From Eledone cirrhosa (Eukaryota): a stretch of 64,000 nucleotides of DNA. Positions 1 through 20,682 of this stretch are shown here, piece by piece. Both the position numbers and the translations under genes were made by a program. The notes below the pieces were generated by a model. The model did not search any database, had not been told where the DNA came from, and worked only from the letters and a program-made list of their open reading frames with translations. The stretch is taken from NCBI GenBank assembly GCA_964016885.1, contig OZ024742.1, positions 190,898,001-190,962,000 on the forward strand. The letters run 5' to 3'. Every line of letters begins with the position of its first letter. Positions within the stretch are counted from its first letter, which is position 1.

Positions 1-47
1 ACCAGAGTTGGTCAAATGCTAAGTTGATGTTATTCTTTATTTTCAGG

Positions 48-515
48 CGTCGAATCCCGCTGAGGCTAACTATTCCTTTCATACTTCCTAGTCAGATAAA
101 ATAAAGTACCAGACACGTACTGGTGTCAATATAATTAACTTTCTCTTCCCTTAGAATTGCTAGCCTTGTTCCAAAACTAGAAACCGTTATTAAGATATAT
201 ATCACTCTGAATTCAAATCCCGTCGAGGATAGCTTTGCCTTTCCTCATTATGGGGTCAATAAAATAAAGTACCAGTAACGCACTGGTGTTGATGTAATCG
301 ACTTTCCCCTTTTCCTAAAATTGTTAGCCTTGTGTCTAAATTAGAAAACATTTTATTACATATTGTTCTGAATTCAAATCTCGCTGATGTTAGCTTTGCC
401 TTTCATCCTTAAGGGGTCGATAACATAAAGTACCAGTGACGTAGTTGGGTTCATATAATTGACTTTCCCCTCCCTTCAAAATATTTGGCCTTGTGCCTAA
501 ATCCCAAACCATTAT
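48..515 (+). mobile_element. Three tandem 5'-truncated copies of a tRNA-derived SINE with a Deu/Nin-like core
   Basis: Box B-like TTCAAATCCC, core GCCTTTCATCCTT..GGGGTCGATAA..TAAAGTACCAG and tail GCCTTGTGCCTAAA..GAAAC..TTATTA recur at about 48-190, 207-355 and 367-515. Confidence 0.8.
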
Positions 516-639
516 TATATATCGTTGTTGCAGTAGTTGGACTTGTTGTCAGCTGTAACTGAGTTCGAGAAAGAAAATAGAAGTTACGTATATTGTGAAA
601 AACATTTTGTCGATGTCTATCCTGTCATTTATCTAGCCA

Positions 640-1137
640 TCGCGCTGGTATCAAACACTGTGCTACTCAATGTAACTCTATTCCAAATTCATTCGTAATA
701 GAGTCGATGGAAGATGAAATGCATTCCGCCATGCACCAAACCCCATTTCACACATCTTTATATAATGCTGCGGAATCAAATTTGGTTTTGTTAATTGAAT
801 CGGTCTTTGATCAAAAGCGATAATTCCATGGCCATCTCTTTAGTTATTTGGCCATCTCATATCTATTATCAAATTTAAACTTTTTCCGGCCTTCATCTGT
901 TCAATAGAGTGTAGTGGTACTCCTGCCATTCGTAGCTTTTTGTTTGTTCTGTGGGGAGGACCAGATACGTAGATTTCAGGACCATCTCAAGTGCATGTCG
1001 TTTATGACATAAGAGAGGGAGATCCATAGAGTTCTCGATAATCAGCATCCCCTACTGCTGGTGAAAAAGAGGATGAGGTGAACTCATTTGCTTCCATTCC
1101 TATTAAGACATATCTTTTTTGTTCTTTTCGTTTAACC
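640..1137 (-). pseudogene. Possible decayed exon of an unidentified gene
   Basis: Acceptor-like AACTTACAG|GTT on minus. Protein-like frames VKRKEQKRYVLIGME... and LRMAGVPLHSIEQMKAG...GHGIIAFDQRPIQL...GFGAWRNAFHLPS are broken by stops and shifts. Confidence 0.25.
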
Positions 1138-1709
1138 TGTAAGTTACAACCAACCTGGCCAAAACCGGCTCTGGTTCTATGAAATAAAAGCAAACATTTC
1201 AAAGGTTTCCAATTTAAATTAAAATCTTCCAACATAATTTTATATAAGAACCTTACATTAAGTTACAATCTTAGTAATGAAATAATTAATAGCTTTAGTA
1301 AATCTCTCAAAACCCTTCATTAATTAATTGAAATAGACTGTATTTCATTAGAAATATGGTAATGAAAGGGTTAAAAATAATCTTAGTTCGTGAGTATTTA
1401 GTTTACTGATACCATCACAATGGCTAGTATCTCTTCTTAGAATTTCTCGGATGAAGGTTGGGAATTTAGCATCGGGTTATATTGAAAATCATTAATATTA
1501 TTTAAAAAAAAAAAACAAACCTTGAAACAATTTCATTTTCAAAATAATTAAAAGCATTTTCATTAGTTCAAACTTCCTCCAAAAGTTTTTTTTTTTTCAA
1601 TAATCTAAGCGATATAAACCGACTGACCGATGGCTAGACGGTTTCTATTAAATCATTTCCCACTTCAAATCTAGAAGGATTGTCTTGCTTTGTTGTCAGA
1701 TTCTTAATT

Positions 1710-2186
1710 AATAGACTGTGAGTATTGGTGTCATTTCTATCACCGGGGGACGTCCTATCTTAAAACCACTTAACTCGTTAAGTAGCATTAAAGTCTGTGT
1801 GTCTTTAGAGCAAGAATCCAGCTACGCAGTATAAGCCTCTCTTGACACTGGAATCCAGCCGTTTCCATATCAACTCCCCCAAGCAAATATTTCTGGAACT
1901 TGTTCACCATTTTCCCATCTTCTCTTATAATGCGAGACATATTTACTTTGATATGCACTTTTAATCACATAAAGACCGTCCGTCTTTTCTACTCTGAGAT
2001 GACCAGGAGAGGGATGACCTCCGCCAAGTTTATAATGTCTACAGCATCCCGTACAACTTCAGTTATGGGTCTAGAAGAGAAGATGGATACTATGGTAACG
2101 GACAACAACATTCCTTGTTGTGTTTGGTGATGTCTCTTTAAGTTCTGAGTCAAAGGTCCAAGTTATGTTGTCAATGAACTCTCGTC
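1710..2186 (-). pseudogene. Possible decayed exon of an unidentified gene
   Basis: Pyrimidine tract + AG on minus, then one frame of about 160 codons with 4 internal stops (REFIDNITWTFDSELKE...WENGEQVPEIFAWGS*YGNGWIPV...). Confidence 0.25.
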
Positions 2187-2309
2187 TTTACGGGAATTGA
2201 AAAAATAGAGTATTTCAGAGTTGAATTAATCGAATATGACAGTTTCAGATAAAATCTTCATCATCGACATTATCGTCGTATTCATTGTTGTTATTATTAA
2301 TTTTACTCA

Positions 2310-2530
2310 AGGGCAGTGAATTAACAGTATCGGTAAAGTGTTTGACAACATGCTTTGTAGCATATAGTTACGAGTCTTTATGCTCTGAATTCAAATCCAG
2401 TCGAGGTTAGATTTATCTTTCATCCTTACGCGGTCGGTAAATTAAAGTACCAGTTACACTCTGAGGTCAATTTAATCGATGTTCCCTTCCCCCTAAATTG
2501 TTGGCCTTGTGCCTACTTCAGAAACCAGTA
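2310..2530 (+). mobile_element. Deu/Nin-core SINE, near full length
   Basis: tRNA-like head plus the same core and tail as 48-515. Confidence 0.75.
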
Positions 2531-3069
2531 TTACTTTCACTCTGATCAAGGTATTGGATTGGCAGAATTGTTAGGAAAATATTGAAATTTGACTGGTTTT
2601 CAAACAGTTTCTGTCCATTCACTTTCATTCACAAAGCATTGGTCAACGCGAGCCGAGACTATAGTAAATGACACTTACCTTTGATGCTACGCTGTGCTAT
2701 AGAATATGTGGTTGATAAAATAATTTAACGGTCATACACTGAGTTCGAATTAATCGACAAATCCCGAACGACCCCGCAATTTTTTGCATTTTACCATGTC
2801 AGTGGAACCGAACACGTTATTTCCAGACTGCAACGAGAATCCTTTAATCACACAGCCATAAAAGTATATATGGAATCTCTGAACACTACACTTTCATATA
2901 ATTTTCTCTTTTTTTCAGCCACAATGTTGTGTTTTGCTATGTTCTCTCTGTGGGAACTAAATCACCCAGACTTCCCCTATAGTCTATATCTTACAGTACA
3001 TATATGACAAGTTGTATTATACACTGTCGCGCTGAATCCTCCCGAGAACTACATTAAGGCTAAAAATGT

Positions 3070-3350
3070 CTAAACTCTGTCTTAAGCGAGAAGGCTCATT
3101 TGGTCGGTGCTTATCTCGGTTTCATGGGCGTGAAGCGACTGAAAGTACAAGACTCCCCGCTGGACAGGACGCCAGTCCATCGCAGGGTTAACCACCCAGG
3201 TATTGCTGGTACTCATTTTCAGCTGAGTATACTGGAGCAACGTGAAATGAAGTGTTTGCTCAAGAACACAACACGCAACCTAGGAAACTAAACCACGACA
3301 TTATGATCGTAAGTCGAACACCCTTACGACTAGTTCACGTTCCTCCACCA
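3070..3350 (-). mobile_element. Second tRNA-derived SINE family (CORE/Meta-like central region)
   Basis: Reverse-complement match to 63015-63300. Confidence 0.8.
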
Positions 3351-3844
3351 GTAAGGGTCCGCGTATATGTGGTATGCTTAGCCACCTGCAAGGTAATTTC
3401 ACGATTACGTTGTTCCGTTATTCGGACAACTGGAACAGTCGTCGTTGTAACCAACTGAGCTGTTGTAACACACACACACACACACACACATCCAAACACA
3501 CACACACACGCGCACACACACAGACACACGCACACAAATACACACACACAGACATATATATTTCTTAATACTGACATATACATCATGGATTGGTTCTCAC
3601 ACAATCTCACTCGATATTGTCCTCTTAATCTTCTACTTCTTCACACAACATGCTTCTACTTCTCCCACACCTCCACCTCTTCTTCACCCCCCCCCCCCCC
3701 CTCACACTTTGTCCTCACATCCACTGGTACATGTTATCACACATTACTCTATTATCTTTCTTACGTCAACATATCCTCTGGCTTCCACTCCTACGCTACT
3801 TATTCTATTCTTTCCCCGATATCTCGTCTACCATAGTTTTCCCT

Positions 3845-3859
3845 ATATATACATATATG

Positions 3860-3908
<49 letters not shown>

Positions 3909-3959
3909 ATGTATATATGTACATACATATATATATATATATGTATATATATGTATGTA

Positions 3960-4026
<67 letters not shown>

Positions 4027-4081
4027 TTATATATATCTATGTCTATATAAGTACATACATATATATATATGTATATATACG

Positions 4082-4114
<33 letters not shown>

Positions 4115-4246
4115 GTGCATATATATATATGTATGTATATATGTGTATATATATATATATATACATGTATATATATATATATATATTTACATACACATAT
4201 AAAAAATATATATATATATACTTACACAGACACACACACACACACA

Positions 4247-4298
<52 letters not shown>

Positions 4299-4380
4299 TG
4301 TGTGTGTGTGTGTGTGTGCGTGTGTGTGTGTGTGGGTGTGGGTATGTGTGTGGGGGGGGGGGGGGTGCTTGTGTGTATGT
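3845..4380. repeat. (TA)n/(CA)n compound microsatellite
   Basis: Direct reading. Confidence 0.95.
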
Positions 4381-6604
4381 ACGTGAAGAGTAAACCGAAA
4401 CAAGAAAACAAATAATACAGTGCTATGAAAAATTAGATTGGTTTAACGTTTAACGGAAAAGAGCCTTAAATTTCGGACAGAAAGGAAATAAAAAATAGAA
4501 ATATAAACGGGGAGAGAATGAAGGACCGGAAAACAACATTTTGGAGAAAAGCAGGTATGTTCAGTCAGGCATATATTTGTTTATTTCTTGTACTTTGAGA
4601 TCTTTTTACTCAGAAAAACTTCGTCTCTACCACACACATATATATATATAACACCACTCCGTATCACCTAGACACACACACACACACACACACACACACT
4701 TCACCATGCCACACACACATGCACATAAAAGAATCATATAAACATACACGTATTTCCTCATTAATCCTCTCCCTCGCCCTCTCTTTCAATTTCTTGCTCT
4801 CTTTCTCTCTCATTTTCTCTCTCAACCTAATTACATCACCGTAAAGACTTGCTCTCTCCCAACAGTGTACTCTCTCTTCTATTATATATCAATTCAACAA
4901 TAATTTCCTTCTTCTCCTCCTTAATACTCTCACTTCTATATAGAGACGTTCATATCCCATCTTCTCATTACACGCTCCTTCTTCTCATGTCATATCTCTC
5001 TTCTAACAACACACCCACCATTCGCACCACACATGTTTCTCTCTCGCTACGTATATTCCTCTCCCAACAACATATTTACCCTTCTCACAACTTATCTCCT
5101 CTCCTCACTACACATCTCCCGCATCACTATCCTTCTCTCACAATATATCCATTCTTCTAACTACATATCTTCTCTTCTCACAACGTATCTCTATCTTCTC
5201 GATTTATATAATCCTTTAAACGACATGCCCTCCTCTTTTCACTACATTATGTTACCCTGTGCACTCTTCCCCACGCACTCACAGTCCCAGAGGTCTTACA
5301 ATCACACAACAATTTCTCACTAATCCTGCCATAATCATTGATTTGGTCTCCAATGCTACTTAAGCACTAATTAGTACCAATTATTATGGACAGTTTATCA
5401 TTGCTCTGCAATTCACATTCTTCAGAATGTAAAGGGCAGTTTTTTCCCTACCCTACAATCCACATCATTCACAGATTATTCCTGTCCAACAACCCAGATA
5501 CTGTGCACTATTAATGACAGTTCTTCCCTGCTCGGTATACCTCCTTATCCATAGAGATTAAAGACTGTGTACCCCCGCTCTACCGTCCACACCCTTTACT
5601 CTATTGTGGACAGTTCTTCCTTGTCCTGCAATCCAAATTCTTCACAGATTAACAAGTTACCTTCATTTACATTGTGTGTTCCTCAGCTTTACAGAATGCT
5701 CCTATATTTGCGTGTTTATTCATGTGTTTGTACGAGTTTTGGGGTGTGTTCGCGCGGGAATGTGTGTGAGCATGTTGATATGTGTGTGCGTTGGCATGTG
5801 TGTGTTTGTGTATCATTCACCATTCGTGTTTGTGTGATTGTGTTTGTACGTGTTACTGTGTGTACACATGTATGCGTTTGTGTATGTGTATGTGTATATA
5901 TATATATACATGTGTATGTCGGCGTGTAAGTGCTTCCGATTGTGTTTCGTTGTGCGTTTGTGTGGTCTCAGTGTGTTTGTGTGTGTGTGCAAGTGATTGT
6001 GTTCGTTTGACTCTGTGGTTGTGTGCTTTGGCGTGTTTATATGAGTGTGAATTGTGAGTGAGTGCGTGTTTGTCTGTGTGTGTTTGTGTGTATTACATGT
6101 ATGTGCCACCGTTTTAAGCCACCACTCAAATATTTCAATAACATATCATCTATCATCTACCCGACCAATAAACGAGGTAATAACTTTAATACCCGACAGG
6201 CATAGCTCTTGTTGTTAACAATACTGTCCTTATTCTGCCTCCTTCAAAGATGAAAGATTCGTTGTATGTATACACATACACACATTTAAATACACACACA
6301 GACATATACATCAGTGGCGAACGGTAACCTGGAAAGCAGGGCATGCAGTCCAATCGCCATGGCGGAAAGTGGGACTGTGCAGCCTTACCCCCCTCCCCCC
6401 AATTCCCTCTAAATGACCCTCCCGGTCAAAGCCGCATGTAGTGTTATCTAGTGTGTGTGTGGGTGGAGTGGAGTGGGGGTGGGGTCAAAGCCGCGTGTAG
6501 TGTTACCTAGTGTGTGTGCGTTATCTTTTCATGTGTCTACGGCTTAGCAAGCAGCCAAAATTCTGCTTGGTTCAACCGACGTTGTCGTGTGTTTCTGTGT
6601 ATGG

Positions 6605-6636
<32 letters not shown>

Positions 6637-6796
6637 GCGCGCGTGTGTGTGTGTGTGTGTGTGTGTTGTCTTTTTATGTGTCTCCGATTTAGCAAGCAGC
6701 CAAAATTCTGCTTGCTTCAACCGACGCTGTCGTGTGTTTGTGTGTGTATGTGTGTGTGTGTGTCTTTTTATGTGTCTACGATATATATTATACATA

Positions 6797-6840
6797 TTGG
6801 GGCGTTATGGTCCATCTGGTTCCTTACCACAATTCCTTAG

Positions 6841-6842
<2 letters not shown>
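6797..6842 (+). mobile_element. 3' tail fragment of HHR family A
   Basis: GCGTTATGGTCCATCTGGTTCCTTACCAC..TTCCTT.GTT followed by (AT)n; matches the tail at 56605-56650 in reverse. Confidence 0.75.
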
Positions 6843-6911
<69 letters not shown>

Positions 6912-7149
6912 CATATATACGCACATAAGTACGCACACTCATGCATACACAAACACGAATACACCTAGGCAATCATGAAACACTGCAGGCTGACGTTCTC
7001 ACACGGCAACTGAGATAGCTCTGACATAATCACTGCTCAAAATATTCATAGCGAAACATATATATTTGTTTTACGAAAAACATCGTATATGCCTTATATA
7101 CATCTCTATTATGAATCACACTATGTTATTGTTTACTTGTAATTATCTG

Positions 7150-7600
7150 TATAGTATTTAGAGCGTCGGGCTTGCGATCGTGAGGTTGTGAGTTCGACAC
7201 TCAGATCTGCTGATAAACTGTGTCCTTGAGGAAGACACATTATATCACATTATTCGCAGTATCGGTAGCGAGTCGGACGCCATGCTTTCCAGCATAGTTA
7301 CGTCCCTTTACGGCCTGAGTTCAAATCCCGCCGAGGATCACTTTGCCTTTCATCCTTACGGGGTCGATAACATCAAGTACCAGTAATGTACTGGCTAATT
7401 GCTGGCCTTGTGCCAAAAGTAGAAACAATTATTTCACATTGCTTCTGTTTACTCAGCTGTAGAAATGAATTGTGACGTCACTTGTACCAAGCTGTATCAG
7501 CTATTGCCTTTCCCTTGGATAACATCGGTGTCGTGAAGAGAGAAGACTGGTATGCATGGGCGCCTAGTGGTCTTACACAAACATCCTTGCTCAGACATGT
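7150..7600 (+). mobile_element. CORE-like SINE interrupted by a Deu/Nin SINE (7255-7432)
   Basis: GTTCGA box B and TGTGTCCTTGAG.AAGACAC core; the nested SINE is flanked by the duplication ATTAT(A/T)TCACATT. Confidence 0.7.
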
Positions 7601-7782
7601 ACCTCGGATGGGAAATTTCCAGGTAAAAATCGCATGTGTATTCGTGACTAAAGGGTGTCTTCATATATATATACACACATATATATATATATGTGTAAAA
7701 GGTAAACAGAAATAACAACACAATCGGTACAGCATATGGAAGATATATATTAGGTTAACGCTTGAAATAGCAGGAAGAGGTT

Positions 7783-7813
7783 CATAGAGTTTCGGACGCT
7801 AGTCCTTCATCAG
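7783..7813 (-). ncRNA. Minimal HHR motif with degenerate stems I and III
   Basis: Minus reads CTGATGA-A-GGAC-TAGC-GTCC-GAAA-CTC. Confidence 0.55.
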
Positions 7814-8342
7814 AATATATATATATAGTTAAAAGAATAGAGGTGTAACACACAAGTTATTATATATTGGTAAACGGAATAGAAAATGCTGACAAATTGT
7901 TCACAGTTGAAAAATGGTTTAATTAGGAATAAAAGAGTATTAGTGATTGTATGGGTTAGTATTCAGTTGTGGTTTTAAGTTTTTAAGTTTTTACCGGTTG
8001 CGCATTTCTAAATGCTTTTCAAAAATAATTTTGAGATAGAGTGTCCGTGCTGTTTGCTCTGATCTGATTAGTTTTGGGAATTCTACCTGTTTTTCTGTTA
8101 AAAAAGTGGCTCCAGCGTTATTTTTGTGTTGCAAAAATGCTTGTGGTCAAAACAATTTTGATTGGTCGGTAGAGGTCATGTGAATGTAAAAAGTTGATTT
8201 TGCGCCAAGACTGTTTTTATGTTAAAAAAGTGGCTCCAGCAAAAATTCTTGGTCAAAACAATTTTGATTGGTCGGTAGAGGTCATGTGGATAAAAAATTG
8301 GTTTTGCGCCAAGATTGAGAAATGACTCTTTCACAACAAATA

Positions 8343-8405
<63 letters not shown>

Positions 8406-8496
8406 TTGTGTGTGTGTGTGTGTGTAGTAGTAGTAGTAAGGTGTTCGATGCTGCGACAATGGCCAGCAGCGATGTGTGTCAAATGGCTATTAAGAT

Positions 8497-8537
<41 letters not shown>

Positions 8538-8754
8538 GCAGAGTAATTCGATGGTCAGTAAGAATGTGTCTGAAAGCAATGGGGGGTATTTTATCATGTC
8601 AAAAGATATTTTTCAGCTTTTGTCTTGTACGGAGAAGTGCGTGTGTGTGTGTGTGTGTGTGTATAAGTCTCTTTGTATGTTGATGTACGCGTGTGTATGT
8701 GTTTGTGTATATATGTGTTTGTGTGTGTGTGTGCGTGTGTGTGTGGGTGGACCA

Positions 8755-13114
<4,360 letters not shown>

Positions 13115-13208
13115 ACACTTCGGCGGCTAGCGCAATTCTTCATATATATCTTATTTAATTGCCAACACGAGTGCTAATTATATGCAAGTTATCATGTCCA
13201 TTTCAAAA

Positions 13209-13209
<1 letters not shown>

Positions 13210-13244
<35 letters not shown>

Positions 13245-13245
13245 G

Positions 13246-13319
<74 letters not shown>
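13210..13319. repeat. (ACT)n microsatellite
   Basis: Direct reading. Confidence 0.95.
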
Positions 13320-14041
13320 CAGTGAATGGGTTTGTAAGCCTACTAAATACAGGCTCCCTTGTGGTTCTTTGGATGATATGCTTGCCTTCTCATTAGAGTC
13401 CAATTATGTACGAAAACCGGTTAAATGTGTTTATTACTTTTTCAATTTAAAGGGTAATTCTAGCATGCTTAAATGTCTTCATATTAGATATGTGCTTATT
13501 TATATACAAGTTGGTGTAGTCTTAGTTACACACATAAAATGTAACAGATATATCTTTTACTCACGCTTCGGCTGCTAGCTATATAGATATACTTACACTA
13601 AATATGGTAAATAATTGGAGTTGCGTATGCCATAAACCAATAACTGAACAATAATGCAATTAAATTTAAGAAGATAACGTTATGTGTTTTGTTCCAAATA
13701 TGATTCGTGATTCTGAGGCGGAGTATATATAGAATGATGGGATCGGATATAAGCGGATATTAGCATGGACAACATCACATCAGTCTGTTCCCTTGTCTTT
13801 AGATTGGATTGCTTCGGCAAACAAACCTAATTACATAAGATACTGTCTGATGATGTAATGTGCCTGGTTACGTGATCGAATCATCCCGTAGCTGTGATCA
13901 CCATTGAAATATATAGTACAGTTTTAACAATGAAGGGTTTTTAACATCTAAACCGAACTTCGCATTTTCTACACACACACACACAGACACAAATAGACAT
14001 ACACACACACACACACACATACACACACACACACACGCACG

Positions 14042-14143
<102 letters not shown>

Positions 14144-14157
14144 CGCATATATATATC

Positions 14158-16041
<1,884 letters not shown>

Positions 16042-16822
16042 GTATGTATGTATGTGTGTCTGTGTCTGTTGTGCATATAAGTATGCATATATTATTGGGA
16101 AGTCAAAATATGTAGTTGTTTAATGATTTAGTTTGCTTCTCTTGAAAAAATACATATAAATACGCACACTCACACTCGCTCACACTCACACACAAACACA
16201 CACACACACACACACACACATACACACACGTGCACGCACATTAGTAGACAAACACACACAGGGTCTCATACACACTCATTCATTTATCGTAATCGGAACC
16301 TCTCTTAAACTTTATTTCTTCTATTCAACTCCCCCATTCTTCAACTCCTTGATCTCACCTCCTTATTTCTTTTACCTTCCATTTCTCCTTCACTCTCTTC
16401 TCTTCCTCTTCTACACACTCCATTCTCTTGACTTTACTTTCCACTTCCATCCCTTTCTCCTACTCCTCCCTTTTCTCCGCCTTGTCGACTTCCTCCTTTA
16501 TTCCATACCTCCCACCACTACCACCATCTTGACATTTCTCAGTGATGTAACGCAGGACAAACCTGAACCAACAGAGACCACAAATATCCACTTCCCACCT
16601 GCCGTCTCCCTCTGCATATTAGCCATCTGAAGCCAAGTCCTATTGTAATCGACAATGTAATAGCTTAGATGAAGTGAATAGAATTAATAAAGATTTCGTT
16701 GATTAATAACTAATGAAAAATTTGCAGAGAATTCCGTTAATTAAAATGCTTTATTAACAATCGGTCTTGTCAGAAGCACATATCGGAGGAAACTGGAAAA
16801 TTTCATTAAATAAGTAAGCTAA

Positions 16823-16874
<52 letters not shown>

Positions 16875-17050
16875 AGGTGGAGGCACAGGCATGACTATGA
16901 AGTTAAGTGGTTCGATTCGCTAAGATGGCGTAAAGTGTTCAGTCCCATTGTATAGCGGCACGTTGAGCAAGTATCTTTGTAACTATAGCCACGGGTTGAC
17001 TAATGCATTGTAAGTGGAATTTAGTAGTCGGAAACTACAGAAGCCCGTCA
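16875..17050 (+). mobile_element. Degenerate tRNA-derived SINE (third family)
   Basis: tRNA-like head, ..TTGAGCAAGT.TCTT..ACTATAGCC and end GAAACT.CAGAAGCCCGTC; a related reverse fragment lies at about 2590-2700. Confidence 0.55.
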
Positions 17051-18204
17051 TATAAACATACATACGCGTTTATAGAAGGTATTGTAGGGATTCGACAAAA
17101 CATATAGATGAATTAAGCACCATATTTGAAAAGAGAAAACAAGGACTTTGGTCGATCCGATCGACTAGATCAAAGTGGGACCCTAGCATGAACGTAATCT
17201 AATGACTGAAACAAGGAAAATGAATAGCAACAGAACAGACTCCATAAATCAACAGACATTTTAAGCAACAACAGCAAAAGCAGCAACAAGAGCAGAAACA
17301 GCAACAACAGCAGCAGTAGCAACATCAGGTTTACTAGCGAGTAAAAGAAAGAGTTTGCAACTGGTAATACGACATGTTAAAGAGAGTAGTTAAATCAGCC
17401 TCCAATTGAATATGGAAGGAAACATTAACCTATGTATGAAAGTCTGTACGTGTATGTACATATATATATACACATATATATATATATAGTATATATATGT
17501 ATCTAGTAATATGTGTTAATACACACACAAAAACACACACATAAATATATTACGGATATTCGTTAGAACCACTATCTGTACATCTGTACTTCTCTCACTC
17601 ACTCTCTCTCTCTCTCGCTTTATCTCTCTCTCTCTCTATATATATATATTTATATGTGTATATATATATATATTTACATATATATATATGTGGGTGTGTA
17701 TGTGTAAATATATAATTTATATATATATATATGTGTGTGTGTGTTTGTATGAGGTTCAAAGAGCTCGTCATGAACCTTTCCTCTTTTACCTGTCATGTCT
17801 GTTGCCATCACCGTTACACAATAATTATACCTTAGAGATTTATCAACAATGAAGTTGTGTCGTTAAATGTTTCGTCTCGCCGGCAGCCATTTTTAAAACA
17901 TGACATCAGCAAATCCGCTCGCAGTTTGGGGAATAAAATTTTACTGCTCAGAGTCTATCATACGCTGCTGTTAAGCACAAGATATTTCCCACAGGGATAA
18001 TTTTAAATGGCACTATAGACACTAATAATGATATTACAAGGGAAAGAGAATGACAGACAGAGGGAGCTTTTGCGATGTTGCAGGAGCAAATGGAAATAAT
18101 GGGGCAATCAGAAATTTTAAAGGCACTTTAACTAATGCTATTCATAAGAATTAAGTGTGTGTATAAACTAGTATATTCACTGTTGGGACAGATATAGCTG
18201 AATC

Positions 18205-18266
<62 letters not shown>

Positions 18267-18338
18267 TCTCTCCCCCTCTCTATCTCCCCCTCCCCCCCTC
18301 TGTCTCTCTCTCGTTGTATATATATATATATACACACA

Positions 18339-18448
<110 letters not shown>

Positions 18449-18631
18449 ATGGTGTTTCGAATAGTAGCAGAAAGAGGCAACAGTTACTTAAAGTAATCAA
18501 TGCTTTACGTAGTATGGGTACTTGATTTCAAAAAGGAATCACTTCCAGAGAAGATCTAGAGATGATTTTTAGTGAAACATTTATAATATTTTTAGAAGTC
18601 AGCTCTATACAAAATATAGAAACTCACTCAG

Positions 18632-18972
18632 ATGATGGATGGTTGCTACACGAGAATGCTGAGGATGGCTCTGAACATTAATCAGTATACACTGAGGATG
18701 AAAATTCAGAGCTGTATGGGAGCCTCCCAAAAGTCAGCTCAAAAGTGACACAGAGGAGACTGAGATTAACTGGACATGCAGAGTTGACATTGCACTCAGT
18801 GCTCCTGTGGGAGCCCCTACATGGATACACTGGAAGTGGAAGACCAAGGTTAACGTGTGTTGATGCCCTAAGGGCAGACACTGGTCTGTTGGAGACACAG
18901 GACATGGCAGCGGTAATGAGGGACAGAGACCGCTGGAGAGAAGTCGTCCATGGATCTCGGGAATTTTACCCG
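18632..18972 (+). mobile_element. RTE LINE 3' end fragment
   Basis: YTRMLRMALNI..ELYGSLPKVSSKV.QRRLRLTGH...VLLWEP.HG...GRPRLT.VD.L..DTGL. Confidence 0.8.
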
Positions 18973-18995
18973 CTCTATATATATATATATATATA

Positions 18996-19064
18996 AATGG
19001 AAAAAATGAAACGAAATTTCATTTCTCACTCTTCGTACGGCTGTTACTTAAATACGTATACATA

Positions 19065-19105
<41 letters not shown>

Positions 19106-19150
19106 CAGCCGGACTAAGAGTGAGAAATGAAATTTCGTTTCATTTTTTCC

Positions 19151-19151
<1 letters not shown>
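18996..19151. mobile_element. Inverted pair of family B tails around (TA)n
   Basis: 18996-19068 and 19104-19151 are reverse complements. Confidence 0.75.
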
Positions 19152-19221
<70 letters not shown>

Positions 19222-19315
19222 AAAGAATAGATATATATATATATACATATATATACATATACATATATATAAATGCGTGCTGACGCACAAGGACAAACAC
19301 ACACACACACACGCG

Positions 19316-19357
<42 letters not shown>

Positions 19358-19365
19358 TATATATA

Positions 19366-20682
19366 TCTAATATATATTTGTGAAATGGGTGGGTGGTTTA
19401 AATTCAGTTGTGCACGGTTAAATGGTAGTAGACGAGGTCGGACGGACATGAAAATTTACACACCTATGTAAAATGTGCCAAGGAAGCAAATAGACGAGGT
19501 TTGAAATCTCTAACCTCAAAAATGTGGTCCCTAGGGCCCCCAAACCGTCTATTTACTATCGCTTTCGGTGAGTTATTTCCCCCTGTTCTAATACAGTTAT
19601 TTTCCGTAGTCGCTTTCAATATTCATTGTCTTATTTACAATTTCATACACATTTTTAAACTCATCAATTTTTTCATAACATATCAAACACAACGTTCTTT
19701 CGCTGTTAACATACAGTACCGTTTTATGAAATCGATTCTGCAGTACCATATTACGAAATGCCAAACCGAAAACAGTCACTGTTTTCCATAAAAAGAAATA
19801 AAACCCTTAAATTGCGAAGAAGGGACGCATGTTCACAAGTACGTTTTTTTCGATATCATTTTTATTTTAATTCTAATACATGTTAACCACCACTAACAGT
19901 AAGTAGTATTTTTGAAAGTCAAATGAAAAGTTTAAAGAATACATGCATGTAAACTTAATGAATGGGATCTATAAGCCGTTTGGTTGCTGAGTTAATTGAT
20001 TCAGTTTTTTTTTAAATATTCATTGTAAACTTAAGGAATGGGATCCATAAGCCCATTGATTGCCGAGTTAATTAATTCAGTTTTTTTTTAAATATTCATT
20101 TTCTTATTTAAAATAACATATCAAAGACAACGTTATTTCGCTGTTAATAAACTGTTGCCTTCTACAGTACGTTTCATTTTCATTTTTAAATTACAGTTGC
20201 TCTATATTAAATTTAAATACTTCTATAACGATCATACAGTACCGTTTTATGAAATCGATTCTGCAGTAGGATTTTACGAAATGCCAAACCGAAAAAGGTC
20301 ACTGTTTTCTAACAAAAGAAATAAAACCCTTACATTGCGAACCCCCTGTTCTAATACTGGGGTTAGTTATTTCCCCCTCTTCTAATAAATGTCTAATATA
20401 TAGAGGCCCCTCTTGTTGACCAGGTCAATCAGAGTGTAAACTATCATACAAACCTTCATAATCTGCATTTTCAAACTTGCATATCATCGACATTGCTATT
20501 TCGCTGTTAATAAACAACGCTTTTCACGTCGCTCCACTTCTCATTGTACGCCGTCCAGCCCCAAGTGCATATTTTTATTTTTTTCCCTGAAACTGCTTCT
20601 TTATAATAAACTTTCAATAATATTTTTCAAATTATTAACTTAATAAAAAGTGGCCCCGGGTGCAACAGGGCTCAGCTGCTAG
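19366..20682 (+). mobile_element. Non-autonomous Helitron
   Basis: A|TC 5' end, subterminal GCCC..GGGC hairpin (20653-20671), CTAG|T 3' end, internal duplications. Confidence 0.65.

Noticed and set aside
3650-4411. Long YI/CV/HT-repeat ORFs here and throughout the window
   Set aside because: Translations of (TA)n, (TG)n and (CA)n microsatellites
6312-6780. CAGTGGCG start resembling a hAT terminal repeat, with internal duplications
   Set aside because: No matching right-hand terminus or TSD found
13114-13578. Two CAC.CTTCGGC.GCTAG motifs resembling Helitron 3' ends
   Set aside because: No convincing hairpin, 5' TC end or T target base
13845-13885. CTGATGA followed by a weak stem
   Set aside because: No GAAA or UH site in register
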